A model generated the notes under the pieces. That model made no database searches. It was not told where the DNA came from and saw nothing but the letters and a program-made list of their open reading frames with translations. 64,000 nt of DNA from Thermodesulfobium acidiphilum (GTDB lineage Bacteria; Thermodesulfobiota; Thermodesulfobiia; Thermodesulfobiales; Thermodesulfobiaceae), in NCBI RefSeq assembly GCF_003057965.1, contig NZ_CP020921.1, positions 1,352,916 through 1,416,915 of the forward strand, read 5' to 3'. The position numbers were made by a program, and so were the translations under genes. Numbering within the stretch: position 1 is the first letter of the stretch; each line of letters begins with the position of its first letter. Below are positions 51,158 to 60,933 of this stretch, piece after piece.

Positions 51158-52450
51158 TTAGGCCTGAAATTTTTCTCTATCCGGATGGTGAAACAAGAGT
51201 ACACCAAGTACCGATGTAAGATTAAGAAAGAGCAAAAATCCAAAAGCACCTGCAAAAGAACCTGTAACTTGAACAATCAAACCCGTCAAAGTAGATGCAA
51301 TAAGCCCTGCCACAGCAAATCCAAAGTCCATTATGCCAAGCGCCGTTCCAGATCTTTGTCTAATAACATCAATGTTTGTAGCATAATAATTTGGATTTGC
51401 AGCCATACCCAGGCCAACAGCCAAAGCAATAAATATCATTGCAATGTTTACGTCATGATAAAGTATAATGGGAATAAGACTTAAACCACTTAAAAGCTGG
51501 CTTATCCAGATCGGATGTGAGCGAGCTTTCCTTAAGCTTTTTGTAGCTGCAAAAATTCTGTCACAAAGTCTACCGTCAAGAAATAGCAAAATCGTAGCCA
51601 ACGCCCAGGGTAAAACAGTAAACAAACCAATTTTCATAACATTCATATGATAAGTTTTATCCAAAAATGTCGGTAACCATCCCATAAAGAAAAACAAATT
51701 ATAACCAAACACAAAAAATGCCCAATCATTAGATAAAAGTGTAGGATTGGTGAGCAAAAATTTCCAAAGACCTTTTGGTACATTAGTGTGTTCACGTCTA
51801 ATCTCATGACTTGTTCTGTTTCTATCAACATTAGCTTCTTCTCTAATATAAGCTAGCTCTTCATCGTTTACAAATTTTGACCTTTCTGGAAAGTTTCTAA
51901 AGAAATAAAGCCAGACGGGTGCCCAAATCATACCCACAATACCAAGGATCATAAACATAACCTGCCAACCAAATAATGTTGAAAGGGATGTAACAATAGG
52001 ACCACCTATCATCAATGCAAAGGGAACAGCAACCAAACCATTTGCTAAGGCAGTAGATCTTTCTTTTAACGGTAACCAATCGCCCACTACCCTATTCATG
52101 GCAGGAAAATTTGGACCTTCAGCCAAACCAAGAATTAGTCTCACAGTAAAAAGGTATGCTAATCCTGTCGCAAAAGCTGTTGAGAATATGCTCGCTGACC
52201 AAATTAGCGCCCCCCAAAACCAAACTTTTCTAGCACCCCAATTGTCAACAAGTAAACCTCCCACAAAAACCATCAAAGCGTACCCAATATTAAAAGCTCC
52301 TAAAGTTAGACCGATGTCCTCTGGACTCAAATGAAATAATTTACTTAAAATCGGCATTGCAAATGCAATTGCACTTCTGTCTACATAGTTAATAACAGTA
52401 ATAAAAAAGACTAAACCTATAATAACCCACCTGAAATTTGTTTTGCTCAT
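51158..52450 (-). CDS. MFS transporter, anion:cation symporter (sugar-acid type)
   Basis: RW.I....F..T.INYVDR, RLILGLAEGP.FPA, W.P.KER, WLPTFL. Confidence 0.9.
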   Translation of the reverse strand: MSKTNFRWVIIGLVFFITVINYVDRSAIAFAMPILSKLFHLSPEDIGLTLGAFNIGYALMVFVGGLLVDNWGARKVWFWGALIWSASIFSTAFATGLAYLFTVRLILGLAEGPNFPAMNRVVGDWLPLKERSTALANGLVAVPFALMIGGPIVTSLSTLFGWQVMFMILGIVGMIWAPVWLYFFRNFPERSKFVNDEELAYIREEANVDRNRTSHEIRREHTNVPKGLWKFLLTNPTLLSNDWAFFVFGYNLFFFMGWLPTFLDKTYHMNVMKIGLFTVLPWALATILLFLDGRLCDRIFAATKSLRKARSHPIWISQLLSGLSLIPIILYHDVNIAMIFIALAVGLGMAANPNYYATNIDVIRQRSGTALGIMDFGFAVAGLIASTLTGLIVQVTGSFAGAFGFLLFLNLTSVLGVLLFHHPDREKFQA

Positions 52451-52550
52451 TTACTATCCCCCTTAAATTAAAAATAAGACAATAGAAAACTTAAAAACTT
52501 ATATATCCTATGTCCTATCCTCCCTTCTATCAGAATTGTCAGCCAGTTTG

Positions 52551-52583
52551 TATAAGTAAGTAAATTACTTACTTATATGTCAA
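52551..52583 (-). promoter_or_regulatory. candidate operator (13-1-13 palindrome) abutting TTGACA upstream of the MFS gene
   Basis: TATAAGTAAGTAA-A-TTACTTACTTATA; minus-strand TTGACA at 52583-52578. Confidence 0.65.
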
Positions 52584-53162
52584 CTTTTTAAGATTATAAC
52601 ATTCAAAAGTAAAATACATATATACACAATTTTTATCAATTATTTAAAAATTACTAATTGATTTAAAGATTTTTAAGTCAAATTTTATATAATATAAAGC
52701 CATTTCTAATAATATGAACTCTAAATATTAATTAAAATAATATTATTTTTACTATTTTTTTACTAATTAAAAATATTACTAATTTAATTTTTTATTATTA
52801 TAATCCAATAATATTCTTAATTTCTCCTTCAAAAAATTTATTATATTTTTCACAATAAATTTAGTAATGTATCCTATGTCTTTAGCCTTATCAATTTTCT
52901 CTTTGCGCCATCCTTAAATACAATTTGTAATAAATTTGAAATTGGGAAAATATATAGATAAAATACATAAGGGATAAAACCATACGCGCTTACGTTCAAA
53001 GTTGCCGTACAACCTGTATTCCCGCTTTAATATACGAGTCATTAAACAAACTTCCGCCAATACATTGTTAAATAGGATTTTTCTTGCTTTTTTCATCGTT
53101 AAATAGTATGTTATATGTAGCGATGATTGTTGATAAACAAAAATTCTATTTAAATTATTATT

Positions 53163-53347
53163 CAGGACAATAACCTGTTTAAAGACTATACGATGCAGGA
53201 GATGCTTGATGAATTAGATGTAATAGAATGCTTTGAACTACCCAACAAAAAAATACATTTAGGCGAAATAACTAAAAAATAGATTCAATTATATGAAAAA
53301 TTAGGAGTAGAACCGCCGACCTCGTTACAATAGCACGGGAATTTATG
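53163..53347 (+). mobile_element. IS remnant: transposase C-terminus with an internal stop and probable terminal inverted repeat (IS1634/IS4-like)
   Basis: Translates QDNNLFKDYTMQEMLDELDVIECFELPNKKIHLGEITKK*IQLYEKLGVEPPTSLQ*, followed by CGGGAATTTATG; family assignment from recall. Confidence 0.7.
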
Positions 53348-53349
53348 AT

Positions 53350-53458
53350 ATATGCCTCAAGAATTAGCTGGCACATCAGAGAATGGCCCTGCAAAAGCGG
53401 GAACTGCAAGGGAGGTAATTAGTGATGCTACTACGAAAACAAAAGCTAATTTTTTCAA
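53350..53458 (-). pseudogene. 5' remnant of an SLH-domain surface/outer-membrane protein
   Basis: MKKLAFVFVVASLITSLAVPAFA|GPFSDVPANS then TCTTGAGGCATAT (SWAY with a 1-nt insertion); ends at the IS end; RBS AAGGGGGA. Confidence 0.8.
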
Positions 53459-53677
53459 CTTTCAAAATCCCCCTTTAGGAAAGTTTAGTTTTTTTGTTTC
53501 ATATATTAGCCTCTTTACAGAATCATTTCTTGCTTTCGGGGGATTTCACCTCCTTCTTTCGCAGATTGAAATCATCTGTAAAAGGCTCTTTGAAGGCTTT
53601 TAAAAAAGCCTTTCAAAGCTTTGGGAGAAGCAAAACAAAATTTAGTTTTCAATGAAAGTTAGGATATGACTATTTTG

Positions 53678-53705
53678 TTTATAGCATATTAAAATAATAT
53701 GTCAA
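53678..53705 (-). promoter_or_regulatory. promoter of the SLH gene remnant
   Basis: TTGACA-N16-TATAAA with extended TG. Confidence 0.55.
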
Positions 53706-53807
53706 GTAGTTAATATCGAATATACAGTTATGTTGTTATAACAAAAAGCCCCTGATTTCTCAGGAGGTTGAGGTGTAGTTTTTAGAACTTTACGTCCATA
53801 ATAAAGC

Positions 53808-54366
53808 CTAAATTTTTAGATCAACTTCTATTGCGCAACCAGCGCTAAAATCATTCGACACATAGAATCCCGCTCTTTTCATAGCAACCTGACTAACGTT
53901 ATTTGAGTCCTTAAAGTTATAAATTGTTGCTGTGTTCTAAAGGCTTATCGCCCTAATATTCATATCCTTTAGAGAATATATTTGATCGTTTCCAGAGGAA
54001 TCTTTGGTTAATACAATTAGCTTGTTATATACGGGATCGCCTTCATATATAAAGCCATTGTGGTCAGAATCATAAGCGCTTAGCTCGTTAAAAGCATTAC
54101 CAGTATTTAGCCCAAAGAGCTCGCTGCCGTTGTTTATGACGCCATCGTTATTTTTGTCCATCGCAAGAAAGCCGCTACCATTCATAGGAAAGCTTATCTG
54201 TACAGGCTTTCCGTCTGAATTTAGATCAAATGAATAAGTCTTGTCTGAAAAGGCAATAGTATTGTTTTGGAAATTTATCACCAGTGGATCCACATTTTTT
54301 GCATCTGAAGCACTGATAGAAGTGGAATTTTCTTGAAAGAACTACATTTGATGTTGAAATTATCAT
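53808..54366 (-). pseudogene. disrupted protein with Ca-binding DxNxDG repeats (DPLVINF...SELFG family)
   Basis: Start MIISTSNV is out of frame with FFQENS...DPLVINF; FDLNSDG, DKNNDGVINNGSELFG, YDSDHNG; in-frame TAG at 53937-53939, then 42 more sense codons to EVDLKI*. Confidence 0.75.
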
Positions 54367-54523
54367 TTCTCTCTCCTTAGATCCTTTCTCAGTTTATTTA
54401 CATTTACTCTTTATATTTTTAATTTAAACTAGCTTTATACCAAAATATAATTTTAAAAAATGTGAAAATTATTTATTATACAAAGATTTAATCAGAAGAG
54501 TGCAGATTTTTTTTGTGCGTTGA

Positions 54524-55798
54524 TTAGGTTTGCAAGAGCAAAAGCGCATTCAAATATATGACAATTATTGCGATTATCCAAAGGATAGCGTTTAAAAGCC
54601 TGGAATTTTTGTATATACCCATAACGCTTGTCCGAGACGTAAGATACAACTGCAAGATAATCGTAATAGGAAGCTGAAAGCTAAGGAGCACCTGAGACAA
54701 CAAAAGGCCCTGAAAAGGGTCTGATGTAAAAAACATTAAAAGCAGAGCGAAAAATACTGTTATGAATATTCCGCCCTTAGTATGGATGTCCTTTACGTCA
54801 TACGGTTCAGAAAATATCCCGGCAAATATAGTCCCCCCAGCCATAGATGCAGTGATAGAGGATGAAAAGCCAGCAAACAGTAGCGCCAGCGCAAATACAA
54901 GAGACGACGTATCGCCAATCAGTGGCACAAGGATCTTTTGTGCCTTTTGGAGCTCGTCCACGTGAAGCCCATGTGCAAAAAAGGTTGCCGCAGCCAGGAT
55001 GATCATCGCACTATTTATAGCCCAACCTATCCCCATTGAAAATATCGTGTCAAGGTATGACATCCTGATTTGTTTTTTGAATTTTTTTTCATCGCTTATG
55101 TCAAACTTTCTGCTTTGTACTATCTCAGAGTGTAAAAACAAGTTGTGAGGCATTACTACAGCGCCCAATACGCTCAATATTACAAAAATTGATCCGTGAG
55201 GCATACTGGGTACCACCCAGCCAACAACAGCAGCTCTCCAGTCGACGTTTATGATTGAGAGCTCGTATATAAAAGAAAAACCTATCAGAGAAACAAACGC
55301 TATAATATATTTTTCAATGTGCGCATAAGACTGTGAATATAACATAAAAACCACTATCAGGCTCGTGAAAACTGCACCCAATATTAAAGGTATCTTAAAC
55401 AGCATATTAAGTGCAATCGCCGCCCCCAATACCTCTGCAAAATAGGTAAAAATGCAGGCAGTCACTGCAGTCCCCAGAATCAAGTAGCCGTATATCGGCT
55501 TTAGAAACTTCATAGTAGCCTCAGACATACAAAGTCCCGTAACCATACCTATCTTTGATGCATTTTGCTGCAACAAAATTAGCATTATTGTAGAAAGAGT
55601 AACCATCCACAGCAAGCTATAAGAGTAATCAGAGCCAGCAGCAATGTTCGATGCCCAGTTACCAGGATCTATAAATCCCACAGTAATTAGAATCCCAGGG
55701 CCAAAATACTTTGACCAATTTAAGACAGTCAGGTTTGCTTTGTGTTTGGTTTTAAGCTCTTTGAATATAGAGATAATATTCAGGCTTTTATCTTCCAA
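54524..55798 (-). CDS. mntH: Nramp family divalent metal transporter
   Basis: GFIDPGNWA and GAVVMPHNLFLHS signatures. Confidence 0.93.
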   Translation of the reverse strand: MEDKSLNIISIFKELKTKHKANLTVLNWSKYFGPGILITVGFIDPGNWASNIAAGSDYSYSLLWMVTLSTIMLILLQQNASKIGMVTGLCMSEATMKFLKPIYGYLILGTAVTACIFTYFAEVLGAAIALNMLFKIPLILGAVFTSLIVVFMLYSQSYAHIEKYIIAFVSLIGFSFIYELSIINVDWRAAVVGWVVPSMPHGSIFVILSVLGAVVMPHNLFLHSEIVQSRKFDISDEKKFKKQIRMSYLDTIFSMGIGWAINSAMIILAAATFFAHGLHVDELQKAQKILVPLIGDTSSLVFALALLFAGFSSSITASMAGGTIFAGIFSEPYDVKDIHTKGGIFITVFFALLLMFFTSDPFQGLLLSQVLLSFQLPITIILQLYLTSRTSVMGIYKNSRLLNAILWIIAIIVIYLNALLLLQT

Positions 55799-56757
55799 TC
55801 CGATCTGTAATCCAGACTCAAGTCATCTGAAATGCCTCTAAGAATCATGTCATAGCCACAAATTGCCACCATAGCAGCGTTATCAGCACAAAATTTTGGA
55901 GATGGCACTATAAAGCCCAAGTTATGTTTACTACAGACTTCGCCCACCTTATCCCTCAGAATCTTATTAGCAGCCACTCCGCCGCCCAGGACAATTTCTT
56001 TTATTTTATAGTCTTGTACTACTCTTTCAATCTTTGAAGAAAGAGAACTAAACAAAGAATTTTGTAGCCCAAGTGCAAATGCAGGATAATCTTCCTTTAA
56101 AGTAATTTTTCTAAATTCTCTTAGAGCAGCTGTCTTTATCCCGCTAAAGCTCATCATATAGCCTTCCATCTTTAGCTTTGGTATCTTGATCTCATACGTT
56201 GTGCTCCGTGATAATCTTTCCATTTCGCTTCCAGCAGGGTATGATATGCCCATTTCTCTGCCAATCTTATCTATTACCTCACCTATTGCATCGTCCACTG
56301 TCCAACCAATCCTCTTGTAAACGCCCCATCCACTCCACAAAACCATCTCAGTATGACCACCAGAGACTATCACCCCCAATGCAGGAAACTTCGGATAGCG
56401 ATATTCCAATAAACATGCCAGTAAATGCGCTTCAAGGTGATTTACTCCGACTATTTTAACTCTTTCACAAAGGGCTATAGTCTTTGCAAAGCAAAGGCCT
56501 AGTGAAAGAGATCCAGGTAAACCAGGCCCTACAGTTACAGCTACCGCATCAATATGTTCACTAAACCTTTCTTTTATCATGTTATAAAGTGGTAAAAGTG
56601 TCTTAAAGTGTTCCCGAGAGGCAACTTCTGGCACCACGCCGCCAAACTTCTTGTGAACTTCTTCTTGTGTAGATCTTACCTCACAAATTAACGATCCATC
56701 TTTTACAACAGCAATACCCGTATCGTCACAGGACGTTTCTATCCCTAAAACTATCAA
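55780..56757 (-). CDS. tsaD: tRNA N6-adenosine threonylcarbamoyltransferase
   Basis: LGIETSCDDT, GGVVPEVASREH, NHLEAH, VSGGHT, SFSGIKT, GGVAAN, DNAAM. Confidence 0.96.
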   Translation of the reverse strand: MIVLGIETSCDDTGIAVVKDGSLICEVRSTQEEVHKKFGGVVPEVASREHFKTLLPLYNMIKERFSEHIDAVAVTVGPGLPGSLSLGLCFAKTIALCERVKIVGVNHLEAHLLACLLEYRYPKFPALGVIVSGGHTEMVLWSGWGVYKRIGWTVDDAIGEVIDKIGREMGISYPAGSEMERLSRSTTYEIKIPKLKMEGYMMSFSGIKTAALREFRKITLKEDYPAFALGLQNSLFSSLSSKIERVVQDYKIKEIVLGGGVAANKILRDKVGEVCSKHNLGFIVPSPKFCADNAAMVAICGYDMILRGISDDLSLDYRSDWKIKA

Positions 56758-56772
56758 ACTATATTAGCTCCT

Positions 56773-58092
56773 TTATAGATTTAGTTTTCTCTTATCTATC
56801 ACCCTTTTTGCCTTACCGCTAGACCTTTCTATAGTTTTTGGCTCGACAAGCCTGAGTTTTATGTCTATCCCAAGAACAGATTTCAGCTTATGAGTAAGAC
56901 CTCTTTCCATCTCTACCAGAGATCTCATCTTATCTTGAAAAATATCGTCTGAAACTTCAACAAAAACTTCTATAATGTCCAGATGATTCTTTCTGTCCAA
57001 AACTATTTGATAGTGGGGCAATACTCCTTGAGTACTAATTAATACCTCCTCTATTTGAGAAGGGAAGACGTTAACCCCTCTTATAATAAGCATATCGTCC
57101 GTTCTACCTTTTATCTTGCCTATTCTTGCCATAGTTCTACCACACCCACAGGGCTCTTCAATAAGATATGTAATATCTCTTGTTCTATATCTGATGATAG
57201 GAAGTGCTTCTTTGGTAAGCGAGGTAATTACGAGTTCCCCAACTTCTCCAGGTTCAACTGGTTCTAGCGTCTCGGGATCAACAATCTCCACCAAAAAGTG
57301 ATCCTCCCATATGTGCATACCAACCTTTAGTTGGCACTCTCCTGCCACTCCAGGGCCCATTATTTCAGACAATCCGTAATTATCCGTTGCAATAATACCA
57401 AGACTTGACTCCAATTCCTTTCTTATTTCCTCTGTCCATGGCTCAGCCCCAAAAAAACCAACCCTCAATTTTAAATCATCCCTTTTTATACCCATATCCT
57501 TCATAACCTCAGCCAGGTGAAGGGTATACGATGGAGTTCCTATTATAGCCGTAGTACCAAAATCTTTCATAATATTAATTTGTCTCTCGCTATTGCCCAC
57601 AGAAGTAGGAATAACTGTAGCGCCGATCTTTTCAGCACCATAATGCATTCCAAGACCTCCTGTAAACAAACCATATCCCAAAAAGTTTTGTACCTTATCG
57701 TCGTGTCTTAAGCCACCTGCATAAAGTACCCTTGCGGTAAGCTCAGCCCATGTCTCTAAATCCTTTGCGGTATAACCTACTACTGTAGGCCTCCCTGTAG
57801 TTCCGCTTGATGCGTGAAGTCTTACCACATCTCGTTCCGGGACAGCAAAGAGCCCAAATGGATAGGTATCTCTTAGATCTTGTTTGGCCGTAAATGGAAA
57901 TTTTGAAAAATCCTCAAGAGTTCTAAGATCTTTCAACGAGAGACCTTTTTCTTCCATCTTCTGCCTGTAAAACTTAACGTTTTCCCAAACCCTCGAAAGA
58001 ATCCCTCTCAATCTTGAAAGCTGCAAATCCTTAATCCTTTTTCTTGGCATGCATTCATAGTCTGGATTAAATATCATATACGAACTCCTCAA
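56773..58092 (-). CDS. paaK: phenylacetate--CoA ligase family protein (copy 2)
   Basis: [50 protein letters not shown]. Confidence 0.92.
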   Translation of the reverse strand: MRSSYMIFNPDYECMPRKRIKDLQLSRLRGILSRVWENVKFYRQKMEEKGLSLKDLRTLEDFSKFPFTAKQDLRDTYPFGLFAVPERDVVRLHASSGTTGRPTVVGYTAKDLETWAELTARVLYAGGLRHDDKVQNFLGYGLFTGGLGMHYGAEKIGATVIPTSVGNSERQINIMKDFGTTAIIGTPSYTLHLAEVMKDMGIKRDDLKLRVGFFGAEPWTEEIRKELESSLGIIATDNYGLSEIMGPGVAGECQLKVGMHIWEDHFLVEIVDPETLEPVEPGEVGELVITSLTKEALPIIRYRTRDITYLIEEPCGCGRTMARIGKIKGRTDDMLIIRGVNVFPSQIEEVLISTQGVLPHYQIVLDRKNHLDIIEVFVEVSDDIFQDKMRSLVEMERGLTHKLKSVLGIDIKLRLVEPKTIERSSGKAKRVIDKRKLNL

Positions 58093-58100
58093 AAATTAAA

Positions 58101-58529
58101 TTAATTATTTATTTTTCTTGCCACAATATCAGAATGAGACAGAATGCCTATGTTATTATCTTGAAGTACCTTTATTCCTTTCTCGGTATCGGAAAGATCA
58201 AAGACCACAAATCCACCAACGCCAGAATACAAATATTCAACGTTTATCCCTTCATCTGCAAGAATTTTAAGGGTTTTATGTAGTCCTCCTGGAATATCAG
58301 GAACGTCTACACATATAACATCGGTCTCCTTTACTGTAAAACCCTCATTTTTAAGCATCTCTTTAGCCTTTGCCGGATCATCTACAAGAACCCTGAATAT
58401 ACCATATTCTGCAGTATCTGCTACAGAAAACCCCCTGATGTCAATTTTCCCTCTTGCTAAAACCTCTGTCAATTCAGCAAGCCTTCCTGCTCTATTCTCC
58501 ATAAATATTGCTAATTGTCTTACTTTCAT
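58101..58529 (-). CDS. tandem ACT domain protein
   Basis: QLAIFMENRAGRL, ADTAEYGIFR, PDIPGGL, INVEYLY. Confidence 0.9.
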   Translation of the reverse strand: MKVRQLAIFMENRAGRLAELTEVLARGKIDIRGFSVADTAEYGIFRVLVDDPAKAKEMLKNEGFTVKETDVICVDVPDIPGGLHKTLKILADEGINVEYLYSGVGGFVVFDLSDTEKGIKVLQDNNIGILSHSDIVARKINN

Positions 58530-58562
58530 ATTCTCCTCCTCCTAAGGCTTTTTTTATAACCT

Positions 58563-59141
58563 TTATTTGTACTTTCTCCCCACTGTAAAAGCTCTCAAAT
58601 TAATCTCATGAAGTTTTTCTGGCAAAAATTCCTTTATTGACTCCATCCAAAGATCTTCCGGAATATCTAGATATTTTGATAGTAGCCCAATCATAATAAT
58701 ATTTATAGTCTTTGGATTTCCCACATCCTTTGCTAATTTTAAAGCGTCAACAAGATCGAAATCGAAACCGAGATCTTTTATCCTATCCATTATGTTTAGA
58801 GGATATTCAGTCTTCCCAGATATCACGGGCAATGGAGGTAGCATCTCATCTGAAACCAATAGTTTTCCATCTGGCCTTAGATATTCCAAATACCTTGCAG
58901 CCTCCATGCACTCAAACGCTACAAGGAAGTCCACCTCACCTTTTGACAAAAGAGGAGAGCGAACTTTTCTAGCAAACCTTACCGCGCTCTCTACACTCCC
59001 CCCTCTTTGTGCCATACCGTGAACCTCAGTTAACTTTACGTCATAACCGCTTTTGAATCCCACATGAGATATCAATCTAGACGCAGTTAATACCCCTTGC
59101 CCTCCTACACCTACAAATAAGAAATCAATTTTATCCATCAA
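58563..59141 (-). CDS. iorB: indolepyruvate:ferredoxin oxidoreductase beta subunit
   Basis: GVGGQG, EVHGMAQRGGSV, FE..EA.RY. Confidence 0.93.
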   Translation of the reverse strand: MMDKIDFLFVGVGGQGVLTASRLISHVGFKSGYDVKLTEVHGMAQRGGSVESAVRFARKVRSPLLSKGEVDFLVAFECMEAARYLEYLRPDGKLLVSDEMLPPLPVISGKTEYPLNIMDRIKDLGFDFDLVDALKLAKDVGNPKTINIIMIGLLSKYLDIPEDLWMESIKEFLPEKLHEINLRAFTVGRKYK

Positions 59142-59168
59142 CTCTTCCTCCCAGGTCTAAAGTAGCAC

Positions 59169-60911
59169 TTATAATTGCTTTATTGCACCGTGTAGACAAG
59201 CATCTACACACAATCCACAACCATAGCACAGATCAGCTCTTATCTTCACCTTTTTTACATCTTTATCAAAACTCATCGCAGGGCATGCTATGTTCAGACA
59301 TACCTTACAACCCTTACACTTTTCTTCATCCACTACATATTTAGCGTTTTGAGCTCTTTCAATCAGAACGCATGGTCTTTTCGAAACAATAACGCAGGGT
59401 TCATTAAGTTTTAACATCTTCTCAATGGTTTTTTGAAGCTTTTTAAAGTCTATAGGATCTACAACCTTTACATGATTTATCCCCAAACCTTTCAAAACCT
59501 TCTTTATCTTTATGGGCTCTATTTCATCCCCTCTTGCCCTTATGCCAGACATAGGATTGCCTTGATGCCCTGTCATTGCAGTGGTTCTGTTATCAAGGAT
59601 TACTACAAGCACAGGAGCTTTATTGTAAACCAATTCAGTAATACCAGGTAGCCCTGCATGAGTAAATGTAGAATCTCCCAGGGTAGCTACTACTTTAATT
59701 CCATCATCTGATTTAAGACTCTGAGCAAGTCCTGCAGCCATCCCAAGGCTTGCACCCATACATATAATCGTATCTGTCGCGTCCAAGGGCTTAAGTGCTC
59801 CAAGAGAATAACACCCTATATCAGATGTTATATAAAGATCCTTTTTTTTCATCCTTATTTGATTCAGAGCATAATAAACTCCTCTGTGTGGGCATCCGGC
59901 GCAAAGAAGCGGAGGTCTGGGAAGAACTGGCAAATCATATTTTGGAGCCTCTACGTTAAATAACGTCTTCTTTATTAGATCTGGAGACATCTCAAGAGAG
60001 GGCTCGAACACCTCTTTCCCAACAACCTCTACTCCCAAATTCATTGCCCTAATCTCATCTGCCACAAAGGGATCTGATTCCTCAATGACATAAACTCTGT
60101 CAAATCTTTTAACAAAATCAGATATTAGAGATTTAGGCAGGGGATAGGTAGTAGAAAGTTTTAGAAATGAAGCATATTTAAAGACTTCCCTTGCGTGCTC
60201 GTAAGCAACGCCGCAGGCAATAACTCCAGTACTTCCATTGCCCTCTATTTTATTAAAGCTTGATTTTTCAAAGATACCAACAGCCTTTTTTATTTTATTG
60301 TCAAGATTTACCCTGAGTCTTCTTGCATTAGCAGGCAAAACAATATATTTTTCTGGATTTCTGTCAATATTCTTTTTTGGGATCTGTATCCTATCATCCA
60401 GCTCTACTATCGAAGAAGAGTGAGATAGTCTCGTAGTAGATCTAATTATTACAGGCAAATCAGTCTCTTCTGAAACTTCAAATGCCCATCTGGTTAAGTC
60501 TTTCGCCTCTTGAGAATCCGATGGTTCAAGGACTATTGCTCTTGACATCTTTGCAAAATACCTGGTATCCTGCTCGTTTTGAGAACTGTGCATTCCCGGA
60601 TCATCAGCAACCACAATAACCAATCCTGCATTTATTCCTGTGTAAGTCATAGTCTGAAGCACATCTGCAGCAACGTTCAGTCCAACGTGTTTCATAGAAC
60701 ATATACTCCTGTTACCTGAAAGAGATGCTCCAAAACAGGCTTCAAGAGACACTTTCTCATTTGGAGCCCACTCTACATATAACTCTTTATATTTCTTAAG
60801 ATTCTCCATTACTTCAGTACTAGGCGTTCCTGGATATGCCGATGCAAAATTCACACCAGCCTCCCATGCCCCCCTTGCAATTGCCTCGTTGCCTAACATT
60901 ATCTTTTTCAA
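59169..60911 (-). CDS. iorA: indolepyruvate:ferredoxin oxidoreductase alpha subunit
   Basis: GNEAIARG, YPGTPSTE, MKHVGLNVAAD, SSQNEQD, CAGCPH, DIGCY, GDSTF, C-terminal 2x[4Fe-4S]; true start probably ATG 60899. Confidence 0.95.
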   Translation of the reverse strand: MKKIMLGNEAIARGAWEAGVNFASAYPGTPSTEVMENLKKYKELYVEWAPNEKVSLEACFGASLSGNRSICSMKHVGLNVAADVLQTMTYTGINAGLVIVVADDPGMHSSQNEQDTRYFAKMSRAIVLEPSDSQEAKDLTRWAFEVSEETDLPVIIRSTTRLSHSSSIVELDDRIQIPKKNIDRNPEKYIVLPANARRLRVNLDNKIKKAVGIFEKSSFNKIEGNGSTGVIACGVAYEHAREVFKYASFLKLSTTYPLPKSLISDFVKRFDRVYVIEESDPFVADEIRAMNLGVEVVGKEVFEPSLEMSPDLIKKTLFNVEAPKYDLPVLPRPPLLCAGCPHRGVYYALNQIRMKKKDLYITSDIGCYSLGALKPLDATDTIICMGASLGMAAGLAQSLKSDDGIKVVATLGDSTFTHAGLPGITELVYNKAPVLVVILDNRTTAMTGHQGNPMSGIRARGDEIEPIKIKKVLKGLGINHVKVVDPIDFKKLQKTIEKMLKLNEPCVIVSKRPCVLIERAQNAKYVVDEEKCKGCKVCLNIACPAMSFDKDVKKVKIRADLCYGCGLCVDACLHGAIKQL

Positions 60912-60933
60912 AATTCACACTCCCCTTAAGAAC

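Noticed and set aside
52590-52870. Very AT-rich tract with repeated TTACTAATT as a possible replication origin or CRISPR leader
   Set aside because: No DnaA-box cluster, no regularly spaced repeats, no dnaA or cas genes nearby
52504-52880. 11-bp direct repeat TATCCTATGTC at 52504 and 52870
   Set aside because: Only two copies with no element between them; compatible with chance
52914-53096. 60-aa minus-strand ORF
   Set aside because: No RBS or recognisable motif; may be decayed coding DNA but cannot be supported
53352-53603. 83-aa plus-strand ORF
   Set aside because: Antisense shadow of the SLH gene remnant and its leader
53280-53939. Two in-frame TAG codons (IS remnant and Ca-repeat gene) as possible pyrrolysine or readthrough recoding
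   Set aside because: Both lie in otherwise broken genes, are simply explained as CAG-to-TAG changes, and many intact genes here end in TAG
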